From the IMG/VR virus record IMGVR_UViG_2905373006_000003, positions 1-64,000 of that record: a stretch of 64,000 nucleotides of DNA. One strand, written 5' to 3'. Position 1 is the first letter of the stretch; each line of letters starts with the position of its first letter. Made by a program: the position numbers and the translations under genes. This DNA is from a virus. Lineage: Duplodnaviria; Caudoviricetes. Of the stretch, positions 28,690 through 39,075 are shown in pieces. The notes below the pieces were generated by a model, which was not told the DNA's origin, searched no databases, and saw only the letters and a list, made by a program, of their open reading frames with translations.

Positions 28690-31466
28690 TATTCGTACTC
28701 CCTGCGTTGTTTCTGAGCCAGCAGACGTGCCAGCATTTTTTCCAGTTCATGCAGACTCATATTCAGCGCACCGGACAGTGTGTCAGGTACGGTTGTTTCT
28801 TTGTTATTGAGAAAAAACTGCGGATTAAAACTGACCTGAATTGCCGGGGCCGAGTCAGTCTTACCGGCACGTTGTCCGGCATACCCCGCAGCCATCACCT
28901 CGTCAGAGGGAATACGCGGTGCGGCGGGTGACATTGACTCTGCAATATGCAACCCCGGTAAGACCGGAGGAACGACAGGCGATATGCCTGACGGCATTAC
29001 GGAAAATGACGGGAAGGTGTCAGATAACCGGGCGAAAAGTGAAGCCCCTGTGCCGGTCAGCCGGTTTTTAACAGCGGTAATTTTCTGACGAACATCGTTA
29101 ACCAGTTGCCCGATCAGATTATCAGGGCGAATTACCGGTAATGAGGGCACCATCTGATCTGCCAGTTGCTGGCTGGCTTTTGCTGCCAGTGGTGTGGTGC
29201 GTTGCAAACCGATGGCCGCACCCTGCACGATGTTATCACCGAATCCCATAAAGACCCGGCTGGGCGAATTAATCCCCAGAGTTTCTTTAAACCAGGAAGA
29301 GACAGAACTGCCGAAATTCACAATCGTTTCTTTTGCGGCGGTCAGCTGATTACTGATCCCGTCGACCAGCCCCGTAATCAGGTTTTTACCGAAATCGGTA
29401 AAACTTTTTGGCATATCGATACCAAACCATGACAGTACACCAGCAAAAGCCTTATGAAATAATCCCAGCGGCGACCAGTTGAGAACCAGCTGGCCGACAC
29501 CGGCAATCCCGCCGTCAAAAGCGGTCTTAATTTCAGTCCAGAGACCGGAAAACCAGCCTGAAATGCCCTGCCAGACGGCAGTAATACTCTGCCATGCACG
29601 ACTGAATGCAGAGGTGACCTGCGCCCATAAGCGTTTAAAAAATGCGGAGACCGGCCCCCAGTAGCGGTACAGCAGATACGCGGCGACCGCAATACCGGTA
29701 ATAATCAGACCGATGGGATTCATCAGTAAGGCTTTTCCCACCCAGAGGATGGCTTTACCGGCGAGCGTTAATCCTTTGAGTAAGCCTCCGGCCAGTATTT
29801 TGCCCAGGCTGGCTGCACCTTTACCGACACGGCTCAGCCCGGTTGCCAGCCAGCGCAATTTTCCGCCTTCACCGAATGCCTGTGTCAGACGTAACCAGTT
29901 TGCCCGGAGTAAAACGAGATTTTTCCAGACACTGACAAAGGGGGAGAGCAGAAGATTCAGCCCCAGTTTCAGGGCAATGGTTGAGGCTTTGAAGGCCAGC
30001 AGCGCACCCACAATCTGTATTGCACCGCTGACCAGCTCAGGATGAAGTGTGATCCAGTTTTTCGTCTTTTGTATAAGCGGAAGCAATTCCTGCACAAGAG
30101 AAACAAAAGACGGTGCAAGTTGATCTCCCAGTGTGATAGCAAGATCACGACTATTGATCATCAGTGCTTTGGTGGCTTCGAGCGGGGATTGTAGACGCCG
30201 GTCATAAGCTGTTCCCAGAAGATCATTATCTGCCGCTTTAAGTGCACCGGCCCGTATTTCACGATATCGATCCATATTCGCCAGCATCGGGCGGATAAAT
30301 GCCATGACCTGCTGATCTGCAAACATCTCCCCCAAACCGAAATTTTTAGCCAGCGCCTGAAGCGCTTCGTCTCTGGCGGTATCATTTTCTATTTTCATGG
30401 CAGATTTAAAACCTGCCAGTGCCTCGGGACTTTTGGCATTCAGGTATCGTTCAATGATACTCATCATGCCTTCGATGGGGGATATACCGGCGGATTTGTA
30501 ACTTTCAAGAGACGCCTGAAGGTCAATCCCCAAATCCGTAAATTGCTTTTGGGTATCCCGGGCAAAAATTTTGGTCAGAAAATTTTTAAAGTTATTCGCC
30601 GCCTCATCGGTTGAACCTGCCCCGATTTTTGCAATCTGCAGGCTGGCACCGATTTCAGCCACGGCATCTTTACCGCTGGCGACACCTTCCATCATAGGGG
30701 CAAGAGACTGCATCCATTTGACCTGATCAGGGATTTCAAATGAACCCTGATCACCGGCATAAGCCATAATATTTTGTACAGCCCCGAAGTCTTCTGCCGC
30801 TCCTTTCAGGGACGTTTGCCAGACAGCGGCGACTTTGGCCCAGTCGGCCCCCGCTGTGCGTGTGGCTGTTGCCGCACGGGCAATATCAGGCATGTAGTAT
30901 CTGATATCAGACAGGCTGTCGATATTATTACTGATGAGTGAACCTACCGCCTCCTGCATCTCATCCTGATTCTGATTGTATTTTAATGCCCATCCTTTTA
31001 TCTGTGCGGCGAGATGATTCTGAGTATCAGTGTCATATTTTGCGGTGATTGACATATCAATCATCTTGTCTTCAAAAGACATAGACTGCTGAACTGCCGG
31101 AAAGATTGTATGATAAAGCGTTTGAGCCATGGCATAGGTTTCAACGCCCTGACCATAAAGTGCCATACGGTTGGCTTTCAGTGCATCGCCGGTTGCGGAT
31201 ACGGCAGAAAGGCGGCGCTGCTGACGCTCAATCTGTTCCATCGTGCGGCCTACCCGTAACAGCTCACGGTTAAGCTGCTGCATCCGGGCACCACCTAACT
31301 GACCGTAACGCTCAGTGGCCCGGGTTAAGGCGTTCTGACGCTCCTGCAGACGACGTGAAGTCTCCCCCAGGGAGTCAAGGGCACGGCGGGTACCACTCAT
31401 CGCGGAACGGAACGTGCTGCCAACGATGCCGCCGATGACAACACCCACAGAAAAATTACCGGCCAA
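28689..31466 (-). CDS. Tape measure protein (inner phage)
   Basis: 925 aa, NPIGL, LGINSPSRVF motifs. Confidence 0.92.
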   Translation of the reverse strand: MAGNFSVGVVIGGIVGSTFRSAMSGTRRALDSLGETSRRLQERQNALTRATERYGQLGGARMQQLNRELLRVGRTMEQIERQQRRLSAVSATGDALKANRMALYGQGVETYAMAQTLYHTIFPAVQQSMSFEDKMIDMSITAKYDTDTQNHLAAQIKGWALKYNQNQDEMQEAVGSLISNNIDSLSDIRYYMPDIARAATATRTAGADWAKVAAVWQTSLKGAAEDFGAVQNIMAYAGDQGSFEIPDQVKWMQSLAPMMEGVASGKDAVAEIGASLQIAKIGAGSTDEAANNFKNFLTKIFARDTQKQFTDLGIDLQASLESYKSAGISPIEGMMSIIERYLNAKSPEALAGFKSAMKIENDTARDEALQALAKNFGLGEMFADQQVMAFIRPMLANMDRYREIRAGALKAADNDLLGTAYDRRLQSPLEATKALMINSRDLAITLGDQLAPSFVSLVQELLPLIQKTKNWITLHPELVSGAIQIVGALLAFKASTIALKLGLNLLLSPFVSVWKNLVLLRANWLRLTQAFGEGGKLRWLATGLSRVGKGAASLGKILAGGLLKGLTLAGKAILWVGKALLMNPIGLIITGIAVAAYLLYRYWGPVSAFFKRLWAQVTSAFSRAWQSITAVWQGISGWFSGLWTEIKTAFDGGIAGVGQLVLNWSPLGLFHKAFAGVLSWFGIDMPKSFTDFGKNLITGLVDGISNQLTAAKETIVNFGSSVSSWFKETLGINSPSRVFMGFGDNIVQGAAIGLQRTTPLAAKASQQLADQMVPSLPVIRPDNLIGQLVNDVRQKITAVKNRLTGTGASLFARLSDTFPSFSVMPSGISPVVPPVLPGLHIAESMSPAAPRIPSDEVMAAGYAGQRAGKTDSAPAIQVSFNPQFFLNNKETTVPDTLSGALNMSLHELEKMLARLLAQKQRREYE

Positions 31467-31539
31467 AATTGTGCTCCCTACGGATAATAAAAAGAAAACA
31501 GCAGCCCTTTGAGGCTACTGTCAGGTTCATCTGAAAGTA

Positions 31540-31700
31540 TCAGTGTCTGTCGCTGTACTCACTTTTGATTTGTGCTTCTGCCTGTGCCAGCCACATTTCC
31601 AGATCGTCAGTATCCAGCGCATCAATCTCACCCGGCTGAAACCGGAACCACCTCGCCAGCAGCCCCTGCGCCTGCATCAGTGTCTGTGTTGCTTTTGCCC
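31540..31700 (-). CDS. GpE'-like chaperone extension (frameshift product or small ORF)
   Basis: LLARWFRFQPGEIDAL...W motif overlapping the chaperone in the +1/-2 frame. Confidence 0.7.
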
Positions 31701-31957
31701 AGCCCAGTGATTTGCTGAAATCGTTTCTGTAATTCCAGATAATCCGCCAAATCCATATTCTCCAGATCTTCCGGAATAAGACCTGTGCTGCGGGCAATCA
31801 GCGGCTCATCCCAGTCTGCCGGATCTTTATACGTTTTTCGCACCTGCTTCAGATCTTTGACTGTCAGGCGCTTCAGCTCGATACGCTCAATACGGGAACC
31901 GGCTGCGGTCATAAAGGGGTATACGGGGATAAAAACATCATGGTGTGGTTGTGACAT
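31628..31957 (-). CDS. Tail assembly chaperone (gpE/gp41-like)
   Basis: LKRLTVKDL, DLENMDLADY motifs. Confidence 0.85.
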   Translation of the reverse strand: MSQPHHDVFIPVYPFMTAAGSRIERIELKRLTVKDLKQVRKTYKDPADWDEPLIARSTGLIPEDLENMDLADYLELQKRFQQITGLGKSNTDTDAGAGAAGEVVPVSAG

Positions 31958-31984
31958 ACGCATTCTCCTGTGTCGTTTCAGGGC

Positions 31985-32029
31985 AGTATGTCTGCAGGGG
32001 AATACAACAGATATTAAAGCAGATGAAAA
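31985..32029 (-). promoter_or_regulatory. Putative late promoter (chaperone/TMP operon)
   Basis: TTTCAT-CTGCT-TTAATA, 21 nt, CATACT. Confidence 0.65.
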
Positions 32030-32058
32030 AAGGGAGCGGTAAGGCTCCCTGCTGTGAA

Positions 32059-32580
32059 TTATCCACCAATATTAATACGATAATCGGTTAGTTGATCGAC
32101 ACCGCCGACGCGGAAGATGTTGGCCAGGTAATCCAGCTCCAGCAGCTCCTCACCATCCAGCACCTGTTTGATGTACGTGCAGGTGAAGCTACTGGAGAAC
32201 TCGGCATTCTCATGCTGTTTGAATGTGCCCAGCGGATTCTTCTTGAACATGACGGTCAGGAACGTCACCAGCGGGATTTCATCAATCAGTCCCTGAGAAC
32301 TGTAACGCTGTACACTGGAGCGACACTGCAGTGACAGCGATTTATACGGATTGGCGGCGGACAGCATGGCATCACGGTAAAAGCTGTTCCATTTTATCTC
32401 ACCTTCCATTTTGTCAAACCCTGCCGGGAGTTCCACTTTGCCCACCATGCCCAGCGCTTTATGCTCCTGCATGGTCATGGAGACGTCCGGCAGTTTGACC
32501 TCTTCAGCCCGGCCCAACAGGTTCGCGCCGTCCAGGTAAATATTGGCATTGGTAATGCGGTTAATCTCAATCTTTGGCAT
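32059..32580 (-). CDS. Major tail tube protein (P2 FII-like)
   Basis: Follows the sheath; ELDYLAN..VGGVD motif. Confidence 0.92.
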   Translation of the reverse strand: MPKIEINRITNANIYLDGANLLGRAEEVKLPDVSMTMQEHKALGMVGKVELPAGFDKMEGEIKWNSFYRDAMLSAANPYKSLSLQCRSSVQRYSSQGLIDEIPLVTFLTVMFKKNPLGTFKQHENAEFSSSFTCTYIKQVLDGEELLELDYLANIFRVGGVDQLTDYRINIGG

Positions 32581-34007
32581 CAGCTGTTTCCTTTCAGGGT
32601 TAACAGGTATTCCGACGTGATTTCAGTCTCAAACGTCAGTCTCTCCAGCGGCGGCGGTGGCGTGTATTTGTAACTCAGCAGAAGATGCCCGGCAGCCAGT
32701 TCGGTCTCTTCGTTACGGGCAGGATCAAACCAGCAGCTGAACCCTAGCAGCGCACCGTCACCAATCAGCTTGCGTCCGAACGCATTGACCGACTCGGTCA
32801 GTGCATCAATCAGCGCCTGGGTAATGGGCTGGTCGATATACTGCTGGCTGAAGTAACGGATGGATTCATTAATCATGTCTCCGGTACGGCGCACATTCTC
32901 AAAGTTGCGCATATGGGGGACCGTCGGCCAGGCTGCCGTCCGGTTGCCCCACAGGCGCAGACCGCTGCCGTAGCTGCTGAAAACGGTCGTGATACCCTGT
33001 TCATTGAGCAGGTTCACCTCGCTCTGCGGGTCATCAATCATGGCGGACAGCTGGCGTTCCACGCCGGTGATACCGAGGATCTCCTGATTGGAGGATGACC
33101 ACCAGTAGCCTTTTTCCAGATCGACTTTCGCCCGTAATCCCGCCGCCCGCTGGCTCAGCGGCTCCAGACGCTCACTGTTGGTAGCCGCGTCATAGACTCT
33201 GACATGCGGATAACACAGACGGACACGGTCAGAGCTGGTATTAAAGTTGATGGTGCCTTCCGGCCCGCGTCCTGCCAGCGCCTGTGCAAAGGTGGTGCCC
33301 ACCGGTGCGTCGATGTAGGTAACAGCCCCCAGTTTCTCTGCCATGGCGGTAAGCTCAACCGCCACGCTGTTCTGGGTGCAGAATACCGGGGCAATCAGGA
33401 TTTTGGCGAAATAGCCGAACAGGTTAAAACTGTCACTGAGCAGCTTCATGCCGGTACGGTTACCGGCGGCATTGACCGCACCAATGATATCCGCTGCAGT
33501 GACTTTGGTCGGGTCAGCATAACGGTACCCGGCTTTCACCGTGGCTCCCGCAGCGATGCCTTTCCCGAGGTTCGTGATTGTTCCGCTTTGCGCATCCAGT
33601 GCGTAATCCTGACCGTCGGTATAGGACTGAGCACCATCCTCCGACGTCAGCACCAGCTGGGACACAATCGGATGAGCCAGCCCGGCTTTCCCGGTCGCTT
33701 TGTCAAAAGTCACTTTTTCGTCTGCCACCGTGGTGTTATGTACTGCCGGGTCAAGGACATTGATAACCAGAACAGTGCCTGCACCATGGTCGTAAATCGC
33801 ATCCAGCGCCTGCGGAATGGTAAAACCGGTAAACGGTGAACCAAAGGCGGCAGCGTCTTTTTCAGACAGGCACTGCACCAGCGTGTTAACGTTGCCCGTG
33901 GGTGCCGTCCCCACCAGCCCAATCACCGCAGACTTGACCATGCTGACCGGGCGCGCCCCTTTTTCCACCTCAAGGGTCTCAACACCATGCAGATAATTAG
34001 CGGCCAT
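32580..34007 (-). CDS. Tail sheath protein (P2 FI-like)
   Basis: YLHGVE, LWGNRT, PPPLERLTF motifs. Confidence 0.94.
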   Translation of the reverse strand: MAANYLHGVETLEVEKGARPVSMVKSAVIGLVGTAPTGNVNTLVQCLSEKDAAAFGSPFTGFTIPQALDAIYDHGAGTVLVINVLDPAVHNTTVADEKVTFDKATGKAGLAHPIVSQLVLTSEDGAQSYTDGQDYALDAQSGTITNLGKGIAAGATVKAGYRYADPTKVTAADIIGAVNAAGNRTGMKLLSDSFNLFGYFAKILIAPVFCTQNSVAVELTAMAEKLGAVTYIDAPVGTTFAQALAGRGPEGTINFNTSSDRVRLCYPHVRVYDAATNSERLEPLSQRAAGLRAKVDLEKGYWWSSSNQEILGITGVERQLSAMIDDPQSEVNLLNEQGITTVFSSYGSGLRLWGNRTAAWPTVPHMRNFENVRRTGDMINESIRYFSQQYIDQPITQALIDALTESVNAFGRKLIGDGALLGFSCWFDPARNEETELAAGHLLLSYKYTPPPPLERLTFETEITSEYLLTLKGNS

Positions 34008-34245
34008 GCGTGTCCTCCTTTTTCATCTCACTGTCATTGCGGCGTTTCGGTAACGACACGGAGGAGGCTCCGGCGGTCAGTGTCTCTTCCTGTACCGGTA
34101 TCAGATGCCCGAGCGCCACCAGTACCTTCACATAGTCATGTTGCTCAGGCAAAAGATGTGTTTTCCCCGGCCAGAGCAGAATTTCAGTTCCGTCCGCCAG
34201 CGTGACGCCACTGGCCGGGCCGGTATAGCGGTATGCTTTCATCAC
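33997..34245 (-). CDS. Hypothetical virion protein
   Basis: Translationally coupled ORF in the late operon. Confidence 0.7.
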   Translation of the reverse strand: MMKAYRYTGPASGVTLADGTEILLWPGKTHLLPEQHDYVKVLVALGHLIPVQEETLTAGASSVSLPKRRNDSEMKKEDTHGR

Positions 34246-34706
34246 TTGCTTTCCTCATAATCAACGATGGTTAACAGCGGCCCGGAGGGTAAATCGCTGT
34301 CTTCAACAAAAACGCTTTCGGTGGTAAAATCGAGGGCGTACTGCCACAGCCCGTTCACCTCCCCGATAAAGACCTCCCGGGTCAGCCAGATGCGGCGGCG
34401 GCAGTGAGGCGGGGTATACCCGCCCAGAATGCGGCGGAGAATATCCAGCACATCAATGGCACCCCGTTTCCCGTTCAGCTGCCGGAAAACCACCGTCACA
34501 CACAGCTGGAGTGTCTGAGGCTGGATCACCGCACCGATATCATCCGGCTTATCGAAGCGCGACCCGGCATAACTCACCAGCAGCGCCCCGACCGGATGAT
34601 TCAACCGGTATTCCGCCGGTTTTTCCGGAAAATACTCCACCGACAGCCCCGGAAGTTTTTCCTTCAGGCGTGCCACCACCGCATCAATCACCGGCAGAAC
34701 GTTCAT
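34242..34706 (-). CDS. Mu gp37-like tail terminator
   Basis: Position after gp36; W.YALDF motif. Confidence 0.75.
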   Translation of the reverse strand: MNVLPVIDAVVARLKEKLPGLSVEYFPEKPAEYRLNHPVGALLVSYAGSRFDKPDDIGAVIQPQTLQLCVTVVFRQLNGKRGAIDVLDILRRILGGYTPPHCRRRIWLTREVFIGEVNGLWQYALDFTTESVFVEDSDLPSGPLLTIVDYEESK

Positions 34707-35152
34707 CAGTATTTCTCCAGTAAGCCATCCTGACCGCCAAAGGTCGGACGACGTGCCCGGGTACGGATTTCACCGGACTCCGGCACATCTTTTTGTGTGG
34801 TCTGCAACCCCAGAGTCAGTTTTCCGTCACGGATAGCCTCCAACTGTCGCCGGGCTTCTTTATGGTCGTCTTTCACCGTGTCCGGGACAGCCCCTTCTGG
34901 GCGGCGGGCGTAGAGCCGGTAACGCACCAGCGTAATGGCAATGTCCCGCAGCACCGTCGGGACTTCTGCCAGCGGCAGGGTATAGCGACCGCGAAGATAC
35001 GCATCGATAAGCTCATCGGCATAACGGATACAGCTGTCCACCACGGTGGTGTTCACCGCAGCCGGGACACTGAAATCCACCTCTTCATTGGTCAGCTGGA
35101 TGAGTGTCCGCTCCGGTATCTGTTCAGGTAAATCCGCCGGGGTGCAGTACAT
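34706..35152 (-). CDS. Mu gp36-like (DUF1320) head-tail adaptor
   Basis: MYCT..DL, IDAYLRGRYTLPL motifs. Confidence 0.88.
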   Translation of the reverse strand: MYCTPADLPEQIPERTLIQLTNEEVDFSVPAAVNTTVVDSCIRYADELIDAYLRGRYTLPLAEVPTVLRDIAITLVRYRLYARRPEGAVPDTVKDDHKEARRQLEAIRDGKLTLGLQTTQKDVPESGEIRTRARRPTFGGQDGLLEKY

Positions 35153-35153
35153 G

Positions 35154-35510
35154 TCACACCCCGCGCAGGATACGGATCACCTCACCGGCGGCGGTGGCGT
35201 CATCCAGTGCAATCCCGGCTGAGATGCCCGCGGCGGTGTCTCCGGTCGCGGCGGTCTGAGGAATGGCACAAGCATTGGCATCGGACTGCACTGCCTGTCC
35301 CCGGTTTATGGCCGCGCCGGCTTCGACGGCCATAATACCCAGTACGCTGACCGGCGTGACATCACCGGCAGCGGCATCCACCGCTGCCACACCGAGCGCG
35401 ACAGCTCCGGCCTGACAGGGGGCATTATCGACACCGACAAACCGTTGTTGCGTCAGTGCGGCACCGGCTGTCACGGTAGTGGTCAGAATGACCTGCTGAG
35501 TTGTCCCCAT
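35154..35510 (-). CDS. Capsid cement protein (DUF2190-like)
   Basis: Ala/Gly-rich, GIAL.DA.AAG motif. Confidence 0.8.
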   Translation of the reverse strand: MGTTQQVILTTTVTAGAALTQQRFVGVDNAPCQAGAVALGVAAVDAAAGDVTPVSVLGIMAVEAGAAINRGQAVQSDANACAIPQTAATGDTAAGISAGIALDDATAAGEVIRILRGV

Positions 35511-35520
35511 GGCGGTCTCC

Positions 35521-36474
35521 TTATTTCACGATGTTGGTGATGAGATATCCGGCATCGCCGCCGACCACGGCGACTTTGTAGATATCGGTATAACGGCAGT
35601 ATTTCACCTTACCGCCAATGCTGTCGTATTTGTCCGCCACCGGCATCCCTTTACGGCGCAGGGTGTACCCGAATGACGGTTCGTTTTCATCCGCACTGTC
35701 TGCACCCGCCTGCGGTTTACTGATGTAATGCAGCATCAGATTGTCGCCCCAGATGTCAGCAGGGAGTTTGTCTTTGTCCTGCGCCTCTTTCATGGAAGCC
35801 ATGGAGACCGGTTCGCCGATCACCACTTCGTCCACCTGGAAAAGGTCTTTCAGAATGTCGAGGGTGATACGCTTGCGCTCGTTGGCACCAATCGCCGCCT
35901 GAATCGCCGGATGGAATTTCAGCAGCGCCATCACACTGGCTCCCATGGTCATCAGGTTCGGGCGCAAACCGGTGGTGTTACGCACTGCCTCAATCCCGGC
36001 TTCAATAACCCCGATCGGGTCACCTTTGCCTCCGGCCCAGCGTTCGTCAGCCTTCAAGGCTTTCACATTTGTCGTTTTATAGACGGTTTTGTCCTGTGCC
36101 AGACGGGCGGCATACAGTTCGCGCTTCAGGTTGACACCGTTCGTCACACGACGGATAGCTTTGGCCTCTTCGTTGAACATCGACTCGGCCTGCTCGCGGT
36201 AGTCCACCGGTGCGGCCAGATCGTGCTCGTTGAGAACCAGATCCAGTTTGCCGGTTTTCTCGCGCACCAGAACGTTACTGTCAGCCCCCACGGCACGCTC
36301 GGTGTCGTATTCCACAAAGGCGGATTTACCAAAGGTTGGCACGGTCACACCTTCCTTATCGGTATGGACGACGGGGAAAATGTGCTCGCCGATGAACGCG
36401 GCATTTTTATAACCACGGGCAATGTTGGTCAGCACCGGGTCAACGACGCGCTTACCTTTTAAATAATCAGACAT
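35521..36474 (-). CDS. Major capsid protein (inner phage)
   Basis: VDPVLTNIARGY start, PSFGYT, AGYLI motifs. Confidence 0.88.
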   Translation of the reverse strand: MSDYLKGKRVVDPVLTNIARGYKNAAFIGEHIFPVVHTDKEGVTVPTFGKSAFVEYDTERAVGADSNVLVREKTGKLDLVLNEHDLAAPVDYREQAESMFNEEAKAIRRVTNGVNLKRELYAARLAQDKTVYKTTNVKALKADERWAGGKGDPIGVIEAGIEAVRNTTGLRPNLMTMGASVMALLKFHPAIQAAIGANERKRITLDILKDLFQVDEVVIGEPVSMASMKEAQDKDKLPADIWGDNLMLHYISKPQAGADSADENEPSFGYTLRRKGMPVADKYDSIGGKVKYCRYTDIYKVAVVGGDAGYLITNIVK

Positions 36475-36488
36475 GTTCTCTCCTTAAA

Positions 36489-37586
36489 TCACAGGCAGCG
36501 GGCGACAGCAGCGTCGTAGCTGATGCCTTCTTTTTTCGACAGAGCCAGCGCTTTCTCATGCAGTGCCAGACGTTCCGGGTCAGCTTCCGCGAACTCCGCT
36601 GACGTTGTGCTGATATCCGTGTCCACACGGTCTTTGGTCGCGTGCTCACTGAAATTCAGTACCGGCTCAGTGCTGTCCAGCAACGTCTTAAACGCCGTGG
36701 CCAGCGGGGTGCGGAGTTCACCTTCCGCAAACTCCACCGGTGTATCACCTGCAGAGACAGCATCCAGAATGGCCACCACAACGGATTTAGCCTTGGGAGC
36801 CAGTCGGCCATCCCCCACCAGTTTTTCGGCAAAGGCCACATTATCGGCGTGCAGTTTGTCCTGCTTTGCTTTCGCATCCTGCTCGGCCCGGGCGGAGGCT
36901 TCTGCTTTCAGACGGGCGTTTTCCGCCTGAAGTGCTTTGATTTCTTCTTCAGTCATTGTATTGCTCTCTTGTTGAGGAGGGAGGGATTGTTCACTGAATT
37001 CCGGTTCCGGCTTCCCGGTGTCGCGGTAAGCCTCTTCACGCAGGGCGTCTACCTGCCAGGCAGGAAGCACTTTTTCCGTCTCATCCAGCCCGAAACGGGC
37101 AATCAGGAAATCCCGCAGACGCCCCCATAAGGAGGCATTCGTGGTATCTGCCCAATCGGCAAACTCCACGACGCCGTCTTCCTGTTCACTGAATGAAACC
37201 GGCTTCAGCCCCTTAACAGAGGGCGGCTGTGCTCCCAGAAAACCGACATGACGCAGGTAAAGCGTGCCCGGTTTGGGATTGCTTGAGGAGTCCGGAAGAT
37301 AAAATGAGGCAGACACTTTTTTGAAACGTCCGTTATCCACCAGTTCCGCAAACTGTGGATCAAGCTGAGCGGGTTCGGCTAACAGATCACCGCCGTTCAG
37401 TGACAGGGATTTCACCCAGCCCCATGCTGGGTCGTCTGTTCTGGGGTGACCAATCACGAGGGGTGCTTCATGGACGGACGGGTCATAGGCGTTCACGCAG
37501 GCGGCAAGATCGCGTTGCGTGAACGGCAGTTTTGTGCCGTGCATATCGGTATGCGTTCCGGCTTTGAAAATATGAATAGCTGGCAT
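36489..37586 (-). CDS. Prohead protease with nested scaffold (Mu I/Z-like)
   Basis: IGHP, KKVSAS, LRHVGFLGAQPP motifs; in-frame internal ATG at 36956. Confidence 0.88.
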   Translation of the reverse strand: MPAIHIFKAGTHTDMHGTKLPFTQRDLAACVNAYDPSVHEAPLVIGHPRTDDPAWGWVKSLSLNGGDLLAEPAQLDPQFAELVDNGRFKKVSASFYLPDSSSNPKPGTLYLRHVGFLGAQPPSVKGLKPVSFSEQEDGVVEFADWADTTNASLWGRLRDFLIARFGLDETEKVLPAWQVDALREEAYRDTGKPEPEFSEQSLPPQQESNTMTEEEIKALQAENARLKAEASARAEQDAKAKQDKLHADNVAFAEKLVGDGRLAPKAKSVVVAILDAVSAGDTPVEFAEGELRTPLATAFKTLLDSTEPVLNFSEHATKDRVDTDISTTSAEFAEADPERLALHEKALALSKKEGISYDAAVARCL

Positions 37587-37616
37587 GTTGCTGTCCTGCG
37601 TTACGTTACCGGGGAC

Positions 37617-37661
37617 AGTCTGAGAAAAAAGGACGGGAAACGCTTTTAATCTGCTTTAGAA
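37617..37661 (-). promoter_or_regulatory. Putative late promoter (protease/capsid operon)
   Basis: TCTAAA-GCAGA-TTAAAA, 21 nt, CAGACT. Confidence 0.7.
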
Positions 37662-37792
37662 AAAACGGGATAACACCGGATTGAGAACCAGTGGTAGGCT
37701 GAGGGGAAAACAGGGGCTGTAAAGCCTTTATAAAGATAATACAGCCCCTGATAACCCTGCAATGATAAAATCCCCGCCTTCAGAGATAAACC

Positions 37793-38251
37793 TCAGCGAC
37801 GGGCCACTGCTTCAAGATACCGCACAATCGTATCCAGTACGGCTTTTTCCGCCTCCGGTTGCAGTTCATTGTCGCCGGTCAATGGTAAATACGGGCGGGC
37901 AGGAAACTCAACGGACTCATGACGTCCCGTTTTTCCACCGAACTGGTGAATGGCACCGTAAACAACGTTCGTGCCGACAGCCGCCTGCCGGTCGTCATGG
38001 TCGGTTGAGACTGAACCCATCAGACGCCCGGTGTCCTGAAGTGTCTGTCCGTCACGTTCCGTGGCGGCCAGCGACGGCAGCCATCCCGGACGCCCTTCGC
38101 CGAGAAAGTTTAACTGTGTTTCTGTCAGCAGCGTTCCGGCGATTTTGCGCATCGCCGGTGTCATGTCTATTGCGGCAGATCCCAGCGCGTTCAGTGCCTG
38201 ACGCAGGGATTGATCGTTAATGGTGATATTAACCAGATTGCCGTAAGCCAT
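37793..38251 (-). CDS. Virion morphogenesis protein (Mu G-like)
   Basis: LQDTGRL, YGAIHQFGG, PARPYL motifs. Confidence 0.9.
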   Translation of the reverse strand: MAYGNLVNITINDQSLRQALNALGSAAIDMTPAMRKIAGTLLTETQLNFLGEGRPGWLPSLAATERDGQTLQDTGRLMGSVSTDHDDRQAAVGTNVVYGAIHQFGGKTGRHESVEFPARPYLPLTGDNELQPEAEKAVLDTIVRYLEAVARR

Positions 38252-38253
38252 CG

Positions 38254-39075
38254 TTATCCTCTCAGTTCCTGTTGTGCCAGTGGCTGAAGCGCCCCCTGAT
38301 AACGGGCAAGGTCGGGCCGGTAAGCCGCACCCGGCGCATAAGACCAGCCGACGTCGGTGGCCACTTTCGTGGTACCGGTACGGAAGGTGGCGACGTTCTG
38401 CATCTCACCGGTTTTCGCTGAGACCAGCTTCAGTTCCCACCCCATAGCAGCACCTGAATTTGTCACCTTCAGGCCTCGGGCACGCACATCCGCTGCACTC
38501 AGGGCAATCACGCCACAACGGCAACGCCAGCCGTTCGGCGGATAGAATGCCTGCCAGAACGGATCATCATAACGCAGCACCAGACCATGCAGTGCCAGAT
38601 GGCTCCTGCGGGTACGGCGGTCACTGATGCCGGTATACATCCAGTACGGTCTGTCATTAACGTTCTCCATCTGTTCCGCCCAGCGACCGGCGCTGTAAAG
38701 CACCGACATATTGGTACGAAAGATGGTGTCGAGCCGCCACGGGCTACCCTGCATAATGGTGACAGGCTCGCCAGTCACCGGGTCAGTGGTGTCACGCGGC
38801 CCCCACCATCCCTTACGCTGCAGCTCCGGCTCCAGCGCCTGCCGGAACCAGCGGCCTGTTTTTCCGTCATCCAGCGCCTGCTGTAAGGCCCGACGGATAT
38901 CTTCCAGAATATCCAGACGGGTCACTTTGGCGACAGTAAAGGCGCGGGCATGCGCCTCCTGCCACATCTCCTCCCAGTCCCACGTGAAGCTATACCCTTT
39001 GGACTTGAGGTAACTGACAGCCCGCTTCGGGGGCAGGGTCATACAGTACGCCAGTTCAGCCGTGGTCACGCTCAT
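38254..39075 (-). CDS. Head morphogenesis protein (Mu F-like)
   Basis: AFTVAK, YPPNGWRCRC motifs. Confidence 0.9.
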   Translation of the reverse strand: MSVTTAELAYCMTLPPKRAVSYLKSKGYSFTWDWEEMWQEAHARAFTVAKVTRLDILEDIRRALQQALDDGKTGRWFRQALEPELQRKGWWGPRDTTDPVTGEPVTIMQGSPWRLDTIFRTNMSVLYSAGRWAEQMENVNDRPYWMYTGISDRRTRRSHLALHGLVLRYDDPFWQAFYPPNGWRCRCGVIALSAADVRARGLKVTNSGAAMGWELKLVSAKTGEMQNVATFRTGTTKVATDVGWSYAPGAAYRPDLARYQGALQPLAQQELRG

